Assembly (NCBI GenBank): GCA_030390025.1
Contig: CM059438.1
Location: forward strand, 56,112,001 to 56,176,000
DNA length: 64,000 nucleotides
Source of the DNA: Squalus acanthias
Taxonomy: Eukaryota
Direction of reading: 5' to 3'
Within the stretch, counting starts at the first letter, position 1; every line of letters begins with the position of its first letter. Of this stretch, positions 50,372-63,306 are shown piece by piece. Made by a program: the position numbers and the translations under genes. The notes below the pieces were generated by a model. It made no database searches, had not been told where the DNA came from, and worked only from the letters and a program-made list of their open reading frames with translations.

Positions 50372-52865
50372 CCCCCCCACGCCTTTTAATATCACAGCCA
50401 GTCTAATCCCACTCTCCCGCTCAATCTCCACACCCTTTAATATCCCACCCAGTCTAATCACACTCTCCCGCTCACTCCCCATATCCTTTAATATCCCACC
50501 CAGTCTAATCCCACTCTCCTACTCACTCCCCATACCCTTTAATATCCTTCCAGTCTAATCCCCCTCTCCTACTCACACCCCATACCCTTTAATATCCCAC
50601 CCAGTCTAATCCCACTCTCCCTCTCACTCCCCACACCCTTTAATATCCCACCCAGTCTAATCTCACTCTCCCGCTCACTCCCCATACCCTTTAATATCCC
50701 CCCAGTCTAATCCAACTCTCCCGTTCACACCCCATACCCTTTAATATCCCACCCAGTCTAATCCCACTCTCCCGCTCACTCCTCACACCCTTTAACATCC
50801 CACCCAGTCTAATCCCACTCTCCCGCTCACACCCCATACCCTTTAACATCCCACCCAGTCTATTCCCACTCTCCCCCTCACTCCCCAAACCCTTTAATAT
50901 CCCACCCAGTCTAATCCCACTCTCCTGCTCACTCCCCACACCCTTTAATATTCCACCCAGTCTATTCCCATTCTCCCCCTCACTCCCGTACCCTTTAATA
51001 ACCCACCCAGCTCTAATCCCACCTCCGCTCACTCCCCATACCCTTTAAATCCCACCCAGTCTAATCCCACTCTCCTGCTGACTCCCATACCCTTTAACAT
51101 CCCACCCAGTCTAATCCCACTCTCCCAGCTCACTCCCCGACACCCTTTAATATCCCACCCAGTCTAATCCCACTCTCCTGCTCACTCCCCACACCCTTTA
51201 ACTTCCCACCCAGTCTAATCCCACTCTCCCACTCACACCCGAGATCCTTTAATATCCTTCCAGTCTAATCCCACTATCCTGCTCACTCCCCATACCCTTT
51301 AATATCCCACCCAGTCTAATCCCACTCTCCCGCTCACTCCCCATATCCTTTAATATCCCACCCAGTCCAATCCCACTCTCATGCTCACTCCACATGCCCT
51401 TTAATATCCCACCCAGTCCAATCCCACTCTCCCTCTCACTCTCCATAGCCTTTAATATCCCACCCAGTCTAATCCCACTCTCCCGCTCACTCCCTACACA
51501 CTTTAATAACCCACCCAGTCTAATCCCACTCTCCGGCTCACTCCCCGTACCCTATAATATCCCACCCAGTCTAATCCCACTCTCCTGCTCACTCCCCATA
51601 CCCTTTAATATCCCACCCAGTCTAATCCCACTCTCCTGCTCACTCCCCATAACCTTTTAATATCCCACCCAGTCTAATCCCACTCTCCCACTCATTCCCT
51701 ACACCCTTTAATGACCCACCCAGTCTAATCCCACTCCTCCCCTCACTACCCGTACCCTTTAATATCACACCCAGTCTAATGCCACCCTCTTCCTCACTCC
51801 CCACACCCTTTAATATCCCACCCAATCTAATCCCACTCTCCCGCTCACTCCCCGCACCCTTTAATATCCCACCCAGTCTAATCCCACTCTCCCCTTCACT
51901 CCCCACACCCTTTAATATCCCACCCAGTCTAATCCCACCCTCTTCTTCACACCCTGAACCCTTTAATATCCCACCCAGTCTAATCCCACTCTCCCGCTCA
52001 CTCCCCACACCCTTTAATATCCCACCCAGTCTAATCCCACTCTCCCCCTCACTCCCCACACCCTTTAATATCCCACCCAGTCTAATCCCACTCTCCCCCT
52101 CTCTCCCCACACCCTTTAATATCGCAGCCAGTCTAATCCCACTCTCCTGCTCACTCCCCATAGCCTTTTATATCCCACCCAGTCTAATCCCACTCTCCCC
52201 TTCACTCCCATTACCCTTTAATATCCCACCCAGTCTAATCCCACTCTCCCCTTCACTCCCATTACCCTTTAATATCCCACCCAGACTAATCCCACTCGAC
52301 CGCTCTTTTAGCCTTTAATATCCCACCTTATCTAATCACACCCTCCCGCTCACTTCCCACACCCTTTAAAATCACACCCAGGCTAATCCCACTCTCCCGC
52401 TCACTCCCCACACCCTTTATATCCCACCCAGTCTAATCCCACTCTCATTCACACTCCCCACAACCTTTAATATCCCCCCAGTCTAATCCCACTCTCCCGT
52501 TCACTCCCCACACCCTTTAATATTCCACCCAGTCTATGCCCACTCTCCCCCTCACTCCCCGTACCCTTTAATAACCCACCCACTCTAATCCCACCCTCCC
52601 GCTCACTCCCCATACCCTTTAATACCCCACCCCGTCCAATCCCACTCTCCTGCTCACTCCCCGTACTGTTTAATATCCCACCCCGTCTAATCCCACTCTC
52701 CTACTCACTCCCCACACCCTTTAATATCTCACCCATTCTAATTACAATCTCCCGCTCACTGCCCATACCCGTTAACATCCCATCCAGTCTAATGAAATTC
52801 TTCCCTTCTTTTCCATTACCCTTTAATATCCGACCCTATCTAATCCCACTCTCTTGCTCACCCCC

Positions 52866-53083
52866 TGACATGAATCTTGTCATTCATGACTTATGACATA
52901 ATACTGGACGGCCAGCTGGTGGCGCTGTCCAGGGAGAGACTACATACTCGGGTATGGGCCCAGCTTGCTCAGGACATTCTTTAACAGGAACGAGGGAAGG
53001 ACAACTAGATCTGCATGTTGTAAAACAGTTGTTTAAAGCTTTGTTTAACACTCAGACCAAGTGCCACTAGTTTTCTTACGTAA
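52866..53083. repeat. ~219-bp non-satellite cassette, copy 2
   Basis: Same sequence; CGGCCAGCTGGTGGCGCTG at 52909-52927. Confidence 0.95.
52909..52927 (+). promoter_or_regulatory. CTCF-like binding motif (best copy; identical at 58210-58228)
   Basis: CGGCCAGCTGGTGGCGCTG vs vertebrate CTCF consensus TGGCCA(C/G)CAG(G/A)(G/T)GGCGC; one core deviation (T for A). Confidence 0.5.
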
Positions 53084-55678
53084 CCCCCCACGCCCTTTAA
53101 TATCCAAGCCAGTCTAATCCCACTCTCCCGCTCAATCCCAACACCCTTTAATATCCCACCCAGTCTAATCACACTCTCCTACTCACTCCCCATACCCTTT
53201 AATATCCTTCCAGTCTAATCCCCCTCTCCTGCTCACTCCCCATACCCTTTAATATCCCACGTATTCTAATCCCACTCTCCTGCTCACTCCCCATACCCTT
53301 TAATATCCCACCCAGTCTAATCCCACTCTCCCGCTCACTCCCATACCCTTTAATATCCCACTCAGTCCAATCCCACTCTCATGCTCACTCCCCATACCCT
53401 TTATTATCCCACCCAGTCCAATCCCACTCTCCCTCTCACTCCCCATAGCCTTTAATAACCCACCCAGTCTAATCCCACTCTCCCGCTCACTCCCCGTACC
53501 CTTTAATATCCCACCCAGTCTAATCACTTTCTCCTGCTCACTCCCCGTACCCTTTAATATCCCACCCAGTCTAATCCCACTCTCCTGCTCACTCCCCATA
53601 ACCTTTTAATATCCCACCCAGTCTAATCCCACTCTCCCGCTCACTCCCTGCACCCTTTAATGACCCACCCAGTCTAATCCCACTCTCCTGCTCACTCCCC
53701 ACACCCTTTAACGACCCACCCAGTCTAATCCCACTCACCCGCTCACTCCCATACCCTTTAATATCCCACTCAGTCCAATCCCACTCTCATGCTCACTCCC
53801 CACACCCTTTAATATCCCACCCAGTCTAATCCCACTCTCCCGCTCACTCCCCATACCCTTTAATATCCCACCCAGTCCAATCCCACTCTCCCTCTCACTC
53901 CTCATAGCCTTTAATAACCCACCCAGTCTAATCCCACTCTCCCGCTCACTCCCCGTACCCTTTAATATCCCACCCAGTCTAATCACTTTCTCCTGCTCAC
54001 TCCCCGTACCCTTTAATATCCCACCCAGTCTAATCCCACTCTCCCGCTCACTCCCTGCACCCTTTAATGACCCACCCAGTCTAATCCCACTCTCCTGCTC
54101 ACTCCCCACACCTTTTAATGACCCACCCAGTCTAATCCCACTCTCCCGCTCACTCCCCACACCCTTTAATATCCCACCCAGTCTAATCCCACTCTCCCGC
54201 TCACTCCCCACACCCTTTAATATCCCACCCATCGAATCCCAATCTCCCGCTCACTCCCCATATCCTTTAAGATCCCACCCAGTCTAATCCCACTCTCCCG
54301 ATCACTTCCTTTACCCTTTTATATCCCACCCAGTCTAATCCCACTCTCCCGCTCACTCCCCGCACCCTTTAATATCCCACCCAGTCCAATCCTACTCTCC
54401 CTCTCACTCCCCATAGCCTTTAATATCCCACCCAGTCGAATCCCACTCTCCCGCTCACTCCCCACACACTTTAATAACCCACCCAGTCTAATCCCACTCT
54501 CCCGCTCACTCCCCACACCCTTTAATATCCCACCCAGTCTAATCCCACTCTCCTGCTCACTCCCCACACACTTTAATATCGCACCCAGTCTAATCCTACT
54601 CTCATGCTCACTCCCCGTACCCTTTAATATCACACCCAGTCAAATCCCACTCTCCTGCTCACTCCCCATAGCCTTTAATATCCCACCCAGTCTAATCCCA
54701 CTCTCCCCTTCACTCCCATTACCCTTTAATAACCCACCCAGTCTAATCCCACTCTCCCCTTCACTCCCATTACCCTTTAATATCCCACCCAGACTAATCC
54801 CACTCGACTGCTCATTTACCCTTTAATGTCGCACCTTATCTAATCACACCCTCCCGCTCACTTCTCACACCCTTTAAAATCACACCCAGTCTGATCCCAC
54901 TCTCCCGTTCACTCCCCACACCCTTTATATCCCACCCAGTCTAATCCCACTCTCATTCACACTCCCCACAACCTTTAATATCCCACCCACACAAATCCCA
55001 CACTCCCACTCACTCCCCATATCCTTTAATATCCCCCCAGTCTAATCCCACTCTCCCGTTCACTCCCCATACCCTTTAATATCCCACCCAGTCTAATCCC
55101 ACTCTCCCGCTCACTCCCCACACCCTTTAACATCCCACCCAGTCTAATCCCACTCTCCCGCTAACTCCGCATACTCTTTAACATCCCACCCAGTCTATCC
55201 CACTCTCCCCCTCACTCCCCGTACCCTTTAATAACCCACCCACTCTAATCCCACCCTCCCGCTCACTCCCAATACCCTTCAGTACCCCACCCTGTCTAAT
55301 CCCACTGTCCTGCTCACTCCCTTTACCCTTTAACATCCCACCCAGTCTAATCCCACTCTCCTGCTCACTCCCCGTACCCTTTAATATCCCACCCAGTCTA
55401 ATCCCACTCTCCTGCTCACTGCCCACACCCTTTAACATCCCACCCACTCTAATCCCACTCTCCCACTCACACCCCAGATCCTTTGATATCCCACCCAGTC
55501 TAATCCCACTCTCCTGCTCACTCCCCACACCCTTTAATATCTCACCCATTCTAATTCCAATCTCCCGCTCACTCCCCATACCCGTTAACATCCCATCCAG
55601 TCTAATGAAATTCTTCCCTTCCTTTCCATTTCCCTTTAATATCCCACCCTATCTAATCGCACTCTCTTGCTCACCCCC

Positions 55679-55897
55679 TGACATGAATCTTGTCATTCAT
55701 GACATATGACATAATACTGGACGGCCTGCTGGTGGCGCTGTCCAGGGAGAGAATAAATAGTCTGGTATGGGCCCAGCTTGCTCAGGACATTCTTTAACAG
55801 GAATTAGGGAAGGACAACTAGATCTCCATGTTGTAATGCAGTTGTTTAAAGCTTTGTTTAACGCTCAGACCAAGTGCCTAGTAGTTTTCTTACGTAA
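55679..55897. repeat. ~219-bp non-satellite cassette, copy 3
   Basis: Same sequence; CGGCCTGCTGGTGGCGCTG at 55722-55740. Confidence 0.95.
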
Positions 55898-58166
55898 CCC
55901 CCCACGCCCTTTAATATCCCAGCCAGTCTAATCCCACTCTCCCGCTCAATCCCCACACCCTTTAATATCCCTCCCAGTCTAATCCCACTCTCCTACTCAC
56001 TCCCCATACCCTTTAATATCCTTCCTGTCTAATCCCACTCTCCTGCTCACTCCCCATACCCTTTAATATCCAACCCAGTCTCATCCCACTCTCCTGCTCA
56101 CTCCCCATACCCTTTAATATCCCACCCAGTCTAATCCCACTCTCCCGCTCACTCCCCATACCCTTTAATATCCCATCTCCCGCTCACTCCCCGTACCCTT
56201 TAATATCCCACCCAGTCTAATAACTTTCTCCTGCTCACTCCCCGTACCCTTTAATATCCCACCCAGTCTAATCCCACTCTCCCGCTCACTCCCTGCACCC
56301 TTTAATGACCCACCCAGTCTAATCCCACTCTCCTGCTCACTCCCCACACCTTTTAATGACCCACCCAGTCTAATCCCACTCTCCCGCTCACTCCCCACAC
56401 CCTTTAATATCCCACCCAGTCTAATCCCACTCTCCCGCTCACTCCCCACACCCTTTAATATCCCACCCATCGAATCCCAATCTCCCGCTCACTCCCCATA
56501 TCCTTTAAGATCCCACCCAGTCTAATCCCACTCTCCCGATCACTTCCTTTACCCTTTTATATCCCACCCAGTCTAATCCCACTCTCCCGCTCACTCCCCG
56601 CACCCTTTAATATCCCACCCAGTCCAATCCTACTCTCCCTCTCACTCCCCATAGCCTTTAATATCCCACCCAGTCGAATCCCACTCTCCCGCTCACTCCC
56701 CACACACTTTAATAACCCACCCAGTCTAATCCCACTCTCCCGCTCACTCCCCACACCCTTTAATATCCCACCCAGTCTAATCCCACTCTCCTGCTCACTC
56801 CCCACACACTTTAATATCGCACCCAGTCTAATCCCACTCTCATGCTCACTCCCCTTACCCTTTAATATCACACCCAGTCAAATCCCACTCTCCTGCTCAC
56901 TCCCCATAGCCTTTAATATCCCACCCAGTCTAATCCCACTCTCCCCTTCACTCCCATTACCCTTTAATAACCCACCCAGTCTAATCCCACTCTCCCCTTC
57001 ACTCCCATTACCCTTTAATATCCCACCCAGACTAATCCCACTCGACTGCTCATTTACCCTTTAATGTCGCACCTTATCTAATCACACCCTCCCGCTCACT
57101 TCCCACACCCTTTAATATCCCACCCAGTCCATCCCACTCTCCCGCTCACTCCCCAAACCCTTTAATATCCCACCCAGTCCAATCGCACTCTCCCTCTCAC
57201 TCCCCATACCCTTTAATATCCCACCCAGTCGAATCCCACTCTCCCGCTCACTCCCCACACACTTTAATAACCCACCCAGTCCAACCCCACTCTCCCCCTC
57301 TCTCCCCACACCCTTTAATATCCCACCCAGTCTAATCCCACTCCCCCGCTCACTCCCCGTACCCTTTAATATCACACCCAGTCTAATCCCACTCTCCCGC
57401 TCACTCCCCACACCCTTTATATCCCACCCAGTCTAATCCCACTCTCATTCACACTCCCCACAACCTTTAATATCCCACCCACACAAATCCCACACTCCCG
57501 CTCACTCCCCATACCCTTTACTGTTTACCCAGTCTAATCCCACTCTCCCGCTCACTCCCCATACCCTTTAACATCCCACCCAGACTAATCCCACTCTACC
57601 GCTCTTTTACCCTTAAATATCCCACCGAGTCTAATCCCACTCTCCCGCTCACTTCCCACACCCTTTAACATCCCACCCAGACTAATCCCACTCTCCTGCT
57701 CACTCCCAATACCTTTTAACATCCCACCCAGTCTATTCCCACTCTCCCCCTCACTCCCCACACCCTTTAATATCCCACCCAGTCTAATCCCACTCTCCTG
57801 CTCACTCCCCACACCCTTTAATATTCCACCCAGTCTATGCCCACTCTCCCCCTCACTCCCCGTACCCTTTAATAACCCACCCACTCTAATCCCACCCTCC
57901 CGCTCACTCCCCATACCCTTTAATACCCCACCCCGTCCAATCCCACTCTCCTGCTCACTCCCCGTACCGTTTAATATCCCACCCCGTCTAATCCCACTCT
58001 CCTACTCACTCCCCACACCCTTTAATATCTCACCCATTCTAATTCCAATCTCCCGCTCACTCCCCATACCCGTTAACATCCCATCCAGTCTAATGAAATT
58101 CTTCCCTTCTTTTCCATTACCCTTTAATATCCGACCCTATCTAATCCCATTGTCTTGCTCACCCCC

Positions 58167-58384
58167 TGACATGAATCTTGTCATTCATGACTTATGACAT
58201 AATACTGGACGGCCAGCTGGTGGCGCTGTCCAGGGAGAGACTAAATACTCGGGTATGGGCCCAGCTTGCTCAGGACATTCTTTAACAGGAACTAGGGAAG
58301 GACAACTAGATCTGCATGTTGTAAAACAGTTGTTTAAAGCTTTGTTTAACGCTCAGACCAAGTGCCACTAGTTTTCTTACGTAA
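58167..58384. repeat. ~219-bp non-satellite cassette, copy 4
   Basis: Same sequence; CGGCCAGCTGGTGGCGCTG at 58210-58228. Confidence 0.95.
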
Positions 58385-61300
58385 CCCCCCACGCCCTTTA
58401 ATATCCAAGCCAGTCTAATCCCACTCTCCCGCTCAATCCCAACACCCTTTAATATCCCACCCAGTCTAATCACACTCTCCTACTCACTCCCCATACCCTT
58501 TAATATCCTTCCAGTCTAATCCCCCTCTCCTGCTCACTCCCCATACCCTTTAATATCCCACCCAGTCTAATCCCACTCTCCCGCTCACTCCCATACCCTT
58601 TAATATCCCACCCAGTCTAATCCCACTCTCCCGCTCACTCCCCATACCCTTTAATATCCCACCCAGTCCAATCCCACTCTCCCTCTCACTCCCCATAGCC
58701 TTTAATATACCACCCAGTCTAATCCCACTCTCCCGCTCACTCCCCATACACTTTAATAACCCACCCAGTCTAATCCCACTCTCCCGCTCACTCCCCGTAC
58801 CCTTTAATATCCCACCCAGTCTAATCACTTTCTCCTGCTCACTCCCCGTACCCTTTAATATCCCACCCAGTCTAATCCCACTCTCCTGCTCACTCCCCAT
58901 AACCTTTTAATATCCCACCCAGTCTAATCCCACTCTCCCGCTCACTCCCTGCACCCTTTAATGACCCACCCAGTCTAATCCCACTCTCCTGCTGACTCCC
59001 CACACCCTTTAATGACCCACCCAGTCTAATCCCACTCTCCCGCTCACTCCCCACACCCTTTAATATCCCACCCAGTCGAATCCCAATCTCCCGCTCACTC
59101 CCCATATCCTTTAAGATCCCACCCAGTCTAATCCCACTCTCCCGATCACTTCCTTTACCCTTTTATATCCCACCCAGTCTAATCCCACTCTCCCGCTCAC
59201 CCCCCATACCCTTTAATATCCTTCCAGTCTAATCCCCCTCTCCTGCTCACTCCCCATACCCTTTAACATCCCACCCAGTCTAATCCCACTCTCCTGCTCA
59301 CTCCCCATACCCTTTAATATCCCACCCAGTCTAATCCCACTCTCCCGCTCACTCCCATACCCTTTAATATCCCACCCAGTCCAATCCCACTCTCATGCTC
59401 ACTCCCCATACCCTTTAATATCACACCCAGTCTAATCCCACTCTCCCGCTCACTCCCCATACCCTTTAATATCCCACCCTGTCCAATCCCACTCTCCCTC
59501 TCAGTCCCCATAGCCTTTAATATACCACCCAGTCTCATCCCACTCTCCCGCTCACTCCCCATACACTTTAATAACCCACCCAGTCTAATCCCACTCTCCC
59601 GCTCACTCCCCGTACCCTTTAATATCCCACCCAGTCTAATCACTTTCTCCTGCTCACTCCCCGTACCCTTTAATATCCCACCCAGTCTAATCCCACTCTC
59701 CTGCTCACTCCCCATAACCTTTTAATATCCCACCCAGTCTAATCCCACTCTCCCGCTCACTCCCTGCACCCTTTAATGACCCACCCAGTCTAATCCCACT
59801 CTCCTGCTCACTCCCCACACACTTTAATGACCCACCCAGTCTAATCCCACTCTCCCGCTCACTCCCCACACCCTTTAATATCCCACCCAGTCGAATCCCA
59901 ATCTCCCGCTCACTCCCCATATCCTTTAAGATCCCACCCAGTCTAATCCCACTTTCCCGATCACTTCCTTTACCCTTTTATATCCCACCCAGTCTAAACC
60001 CACTCTCCCGCTCACTCCCCATACCCTTTAATATCCCACCCAGTCTAATCCCACTCTCCTGCTCACTCCCCGCACCCTTTAATATCCCACCCAGTCTAAT
60101 CACACCCTCTTCTTCACTCCCTGAACCCTTTAATATCCCACCCAGTCCATCCCACTCTCATGCTCACTGCCCATACACTGTAATATCCCACCCAGTCTAC
60201 TCCCACTCTCCCGCTCACTCCTCATACCCTTTAATATCCCACCCAGTCCAATCCCACTCTCCCTCTCACTCCCCATAGCCTTTAATATCCCACCCAATCT
60301 AATCCCACTCTCCCGCTCACTCCCCACACACTTTAATATCGCACCCAGTCTAATCCCACTCTCCTGCTCACTCCCCACACACTTTAATATCGCACCCAGT
60401 CTAATCCCACTCTCATGCTCACTCCCCATACCCTTTAATATCCCACCCTGTCTAATCCAACTCTCCCCCTCTCTCCCCACACCCTTTAATATCCCACCCA
60501 GTCTAATCCCACTCCCCCGCTCACTCCCCGTACCCTTTAATATCACACCCAGTCAAATCCCACTCTCCTGCTCACTCCCCATAGCCTTTAATATCCCACC
60601 CAGTCTAATCCCACTCTCCCCTTCACTCCCATTACCCTTTAATAACCCACCCAGTCTAATCCCACTCTCCCCTTCACTCCCATTACCCTTTAATATCCCA
60701 CCCAGACTAATCCCACTCGACCGCTCATTTACCCTTTAATATCGCACCTTATCTAATCACACCCTCCCGCTCACTTCCCACACCCTTTAAAATCACACCC
60801 AGTCTGATCCCACTCCATCGTTCACTCCCCACACCCTTTATATCCCACCCAGTCTAATCCCACTCTCTTTCACACTCCCCACAACCTTTAATATCCCACC
60901 CACACAAATCCCACACTCCCACTCACTCCCCATATCCTTTAATATCCCCCCAGTCTAATCCCACTCTCCCGTTCACTCCCCATACCCTTTAATATCCCAC
61001 CCAATCTAATCCCACTCTCCCGCTCACTCCCCACACCCTTTAACATCCCACCCAGTCTAATCCCACTCTCCCGCAAACTCCGCATACCCTTTAACATCCC
61101 ACCCAGTCTATTCCCACTCTCCCCCTCACTCCCCGTACCCTTTAATAACCCACCCACTCTAATCCCACCCTCCCGCTCACTCCCCATACCCTTCAGTACC
61201 CCACCCTGTCTAATCCCACTATCCTGCTCACTCCCTTTACCCTTTAACATCCCACCCAGTCTAATCCCACTCTCCTGCTCACTCCCCGTACCCTTTAATA

Positions 61301-61592
61301 TCCCACCCAGTCTAATCCCACTCTCCTGCTCACTCCCCACACCCTTTAACATCCCACCCAGTCTAATCCCACTCTCCCACTCACACCCCAGATCCTTTGA
61401 TATCCCACCCAGTCTAATCCCACTCTCCTGCTCACTCCCCACACCCTTTAATATCTCACCCATTCTAATTCCAATCTCCCGCTCACTCCCCATACCCGTT
61501 AACATCCCATCCAGTCTGATGAAATTCTTCCCTTCCTTTCCATTTCCCTTTAATATCCCACCCTATCTAATCGCACTCTCTTGCTCACCCCC

Positions 61593-61811
61593 TGACATGA
61601 ATCTTGTCATTCATGACTTATGACATAATACTGGACGGCCTGCTGGTGACGCTGTCCAGGGAGAGAATAAATAGTCGGGTATGGGCCCAGCTTGCTCAGG
61701 ACATTCTTTAACAGGAATTATGGAAGGACAACTAGATCTCCATGTTGTAATGCAGTTGTTTAAAGCTTTGTTTAACGCTCAGACCAAGTGCCTAGTAGTT
61801 TTCTTAAGTAA
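61593..61811. repeat. ~219-bp non-satellite cassette, copy 5
   Basis: Same sequence; degenerate CGGCCTGCTGGTGACGCTG at 61636-61654. Confidence 0.95.
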
Positions 61812-63087
61812 CCCCCCACGCCCTTTAATATCCCAGCCAGTCTAATCCCACTCTCCCGCTCAATCCCCACACCCTTTAATATCCCTCCCAGTCTAATCCC
61901 ACTCTCCTACTCACTCCCCATACCCTTTAATATCCTTCCTGTCTAATCCCCCTCTCCTGCTCACTCCCCATACCCTTTAATATCCTCCCAGTCTCATCCC
62001 ACTCTCCTGCTCACTCCCCATACCCTTTAATATCCCACCCAGTCTAATCCCACTCTCCCGCTCACTCCCCATACCCTTTAATATCCCATCCAGTCCATCC
62101 CACTCTCCCGCTCACTCCCCAAACCCTTTAATATCCCACCCAGTCCAATCCCACTCTCCCTCTCACTCCCCATACCCTTTAATATCCCACCCAGTCGAAT
62201 CCCACTCTCCCGCTCACTCCCCACACACTTTAAGTACCCACCCAGTCTAATCCCACTCTCCCGCTCACTCCCCACACCTTTTAATATCGCACCCAGTCTA
62301 ATCCCACTCTCCTACTCACTCCCCGTACCCTTTAAAATCACACCCAGTCTAATCCCACTCTCCCGCTCACTCCCCACACAATTTAATATCCCACCCAGTC
62401 TAATCCCACTCTCATTCACACTCCCCACAACCTTTAATATCCCACCCACACAAATCCCACACTCCCACTCACTCCCCATATCCTTTAATATCCCCCCAGT
62501 CTAATCCCACTCTCCCGTTCACTCCCCATACCCTTTAATATCCCACCCAGTCTAATCCCACTCTCCCGCTCACTCCCCACACACTTTAACATCCCACCCA
62601 GTCTATTCCCACTCTCCCCCTCACTCCCCGTACCCTTTAATAACCCACCCAGTCTAATCCCACCCTCCCGCTCACTCCCCATACCCTTTAATACCCCACC
62701 CAGTCTAATGCCACTCTCCTGCACACTCCCTTAACTATTTAAAATCCCACCCAGTCTAATTCCACTCTCCTGCTCACTCCCCGTACCCTTTAATATCCCA
62801 CCCAGTCTAATCCCACTCTCCTGCTCACTCCCCACACCCTTTAACATCCCACCCAGTCTAATCCCACTCTCCCACTCACACCCCAGACCCTTTAATATCC
62901 CACCCAGTCTAATCCCACTCTCCTGCTCACTCCCCACACCCTTTAATATCTCGCCCATTCTAATTCCAATCTCCCGCTCACTCCCCATACCCGTTAACAT
63001 CCCATCCAGTCTAATGAAATTCTTCCCTTCATTTCCATTACCCTTTAATATCCCACCCTATCTAATCCCACTCTCTTGCTCACCCCC

Positions 63088-63306
63088 TGACATGAATCTT
63101 GTCATTCATGATTTATGACATAATACTGGACGGCCTGCTGGTGGCGATGTCCAGGGAGAGAATAAATACTCGGGTATGGGCCCAGCTTGCTCCGGACATT
63201 CCTTAACAGGACTCAGCAAAGGACAACTAGATCTCCATGTTGTAAAACAGTTGTTGAAAGCTTTGTTTAACGCTCAGACCAAGTGCCTAGTAGTTTTCTT
63301 ACGTAG
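63088..63306. repeat. ~219-bp non-satellite cassette, copy 6
   Basis: Same sequence; CGGCCTGCTGGTGGCGATG at 63131-63149. Confidence 0.95.

Noticed and set aside
50152..63306. Cassette as a repeated exon, tRNA/5S/snRNA gene or MITE
   Set aside because: No consistent ORF with splice sites across copies, no recognisable A/B boxes or known RNA sequence, and no terminal inverted repeats.
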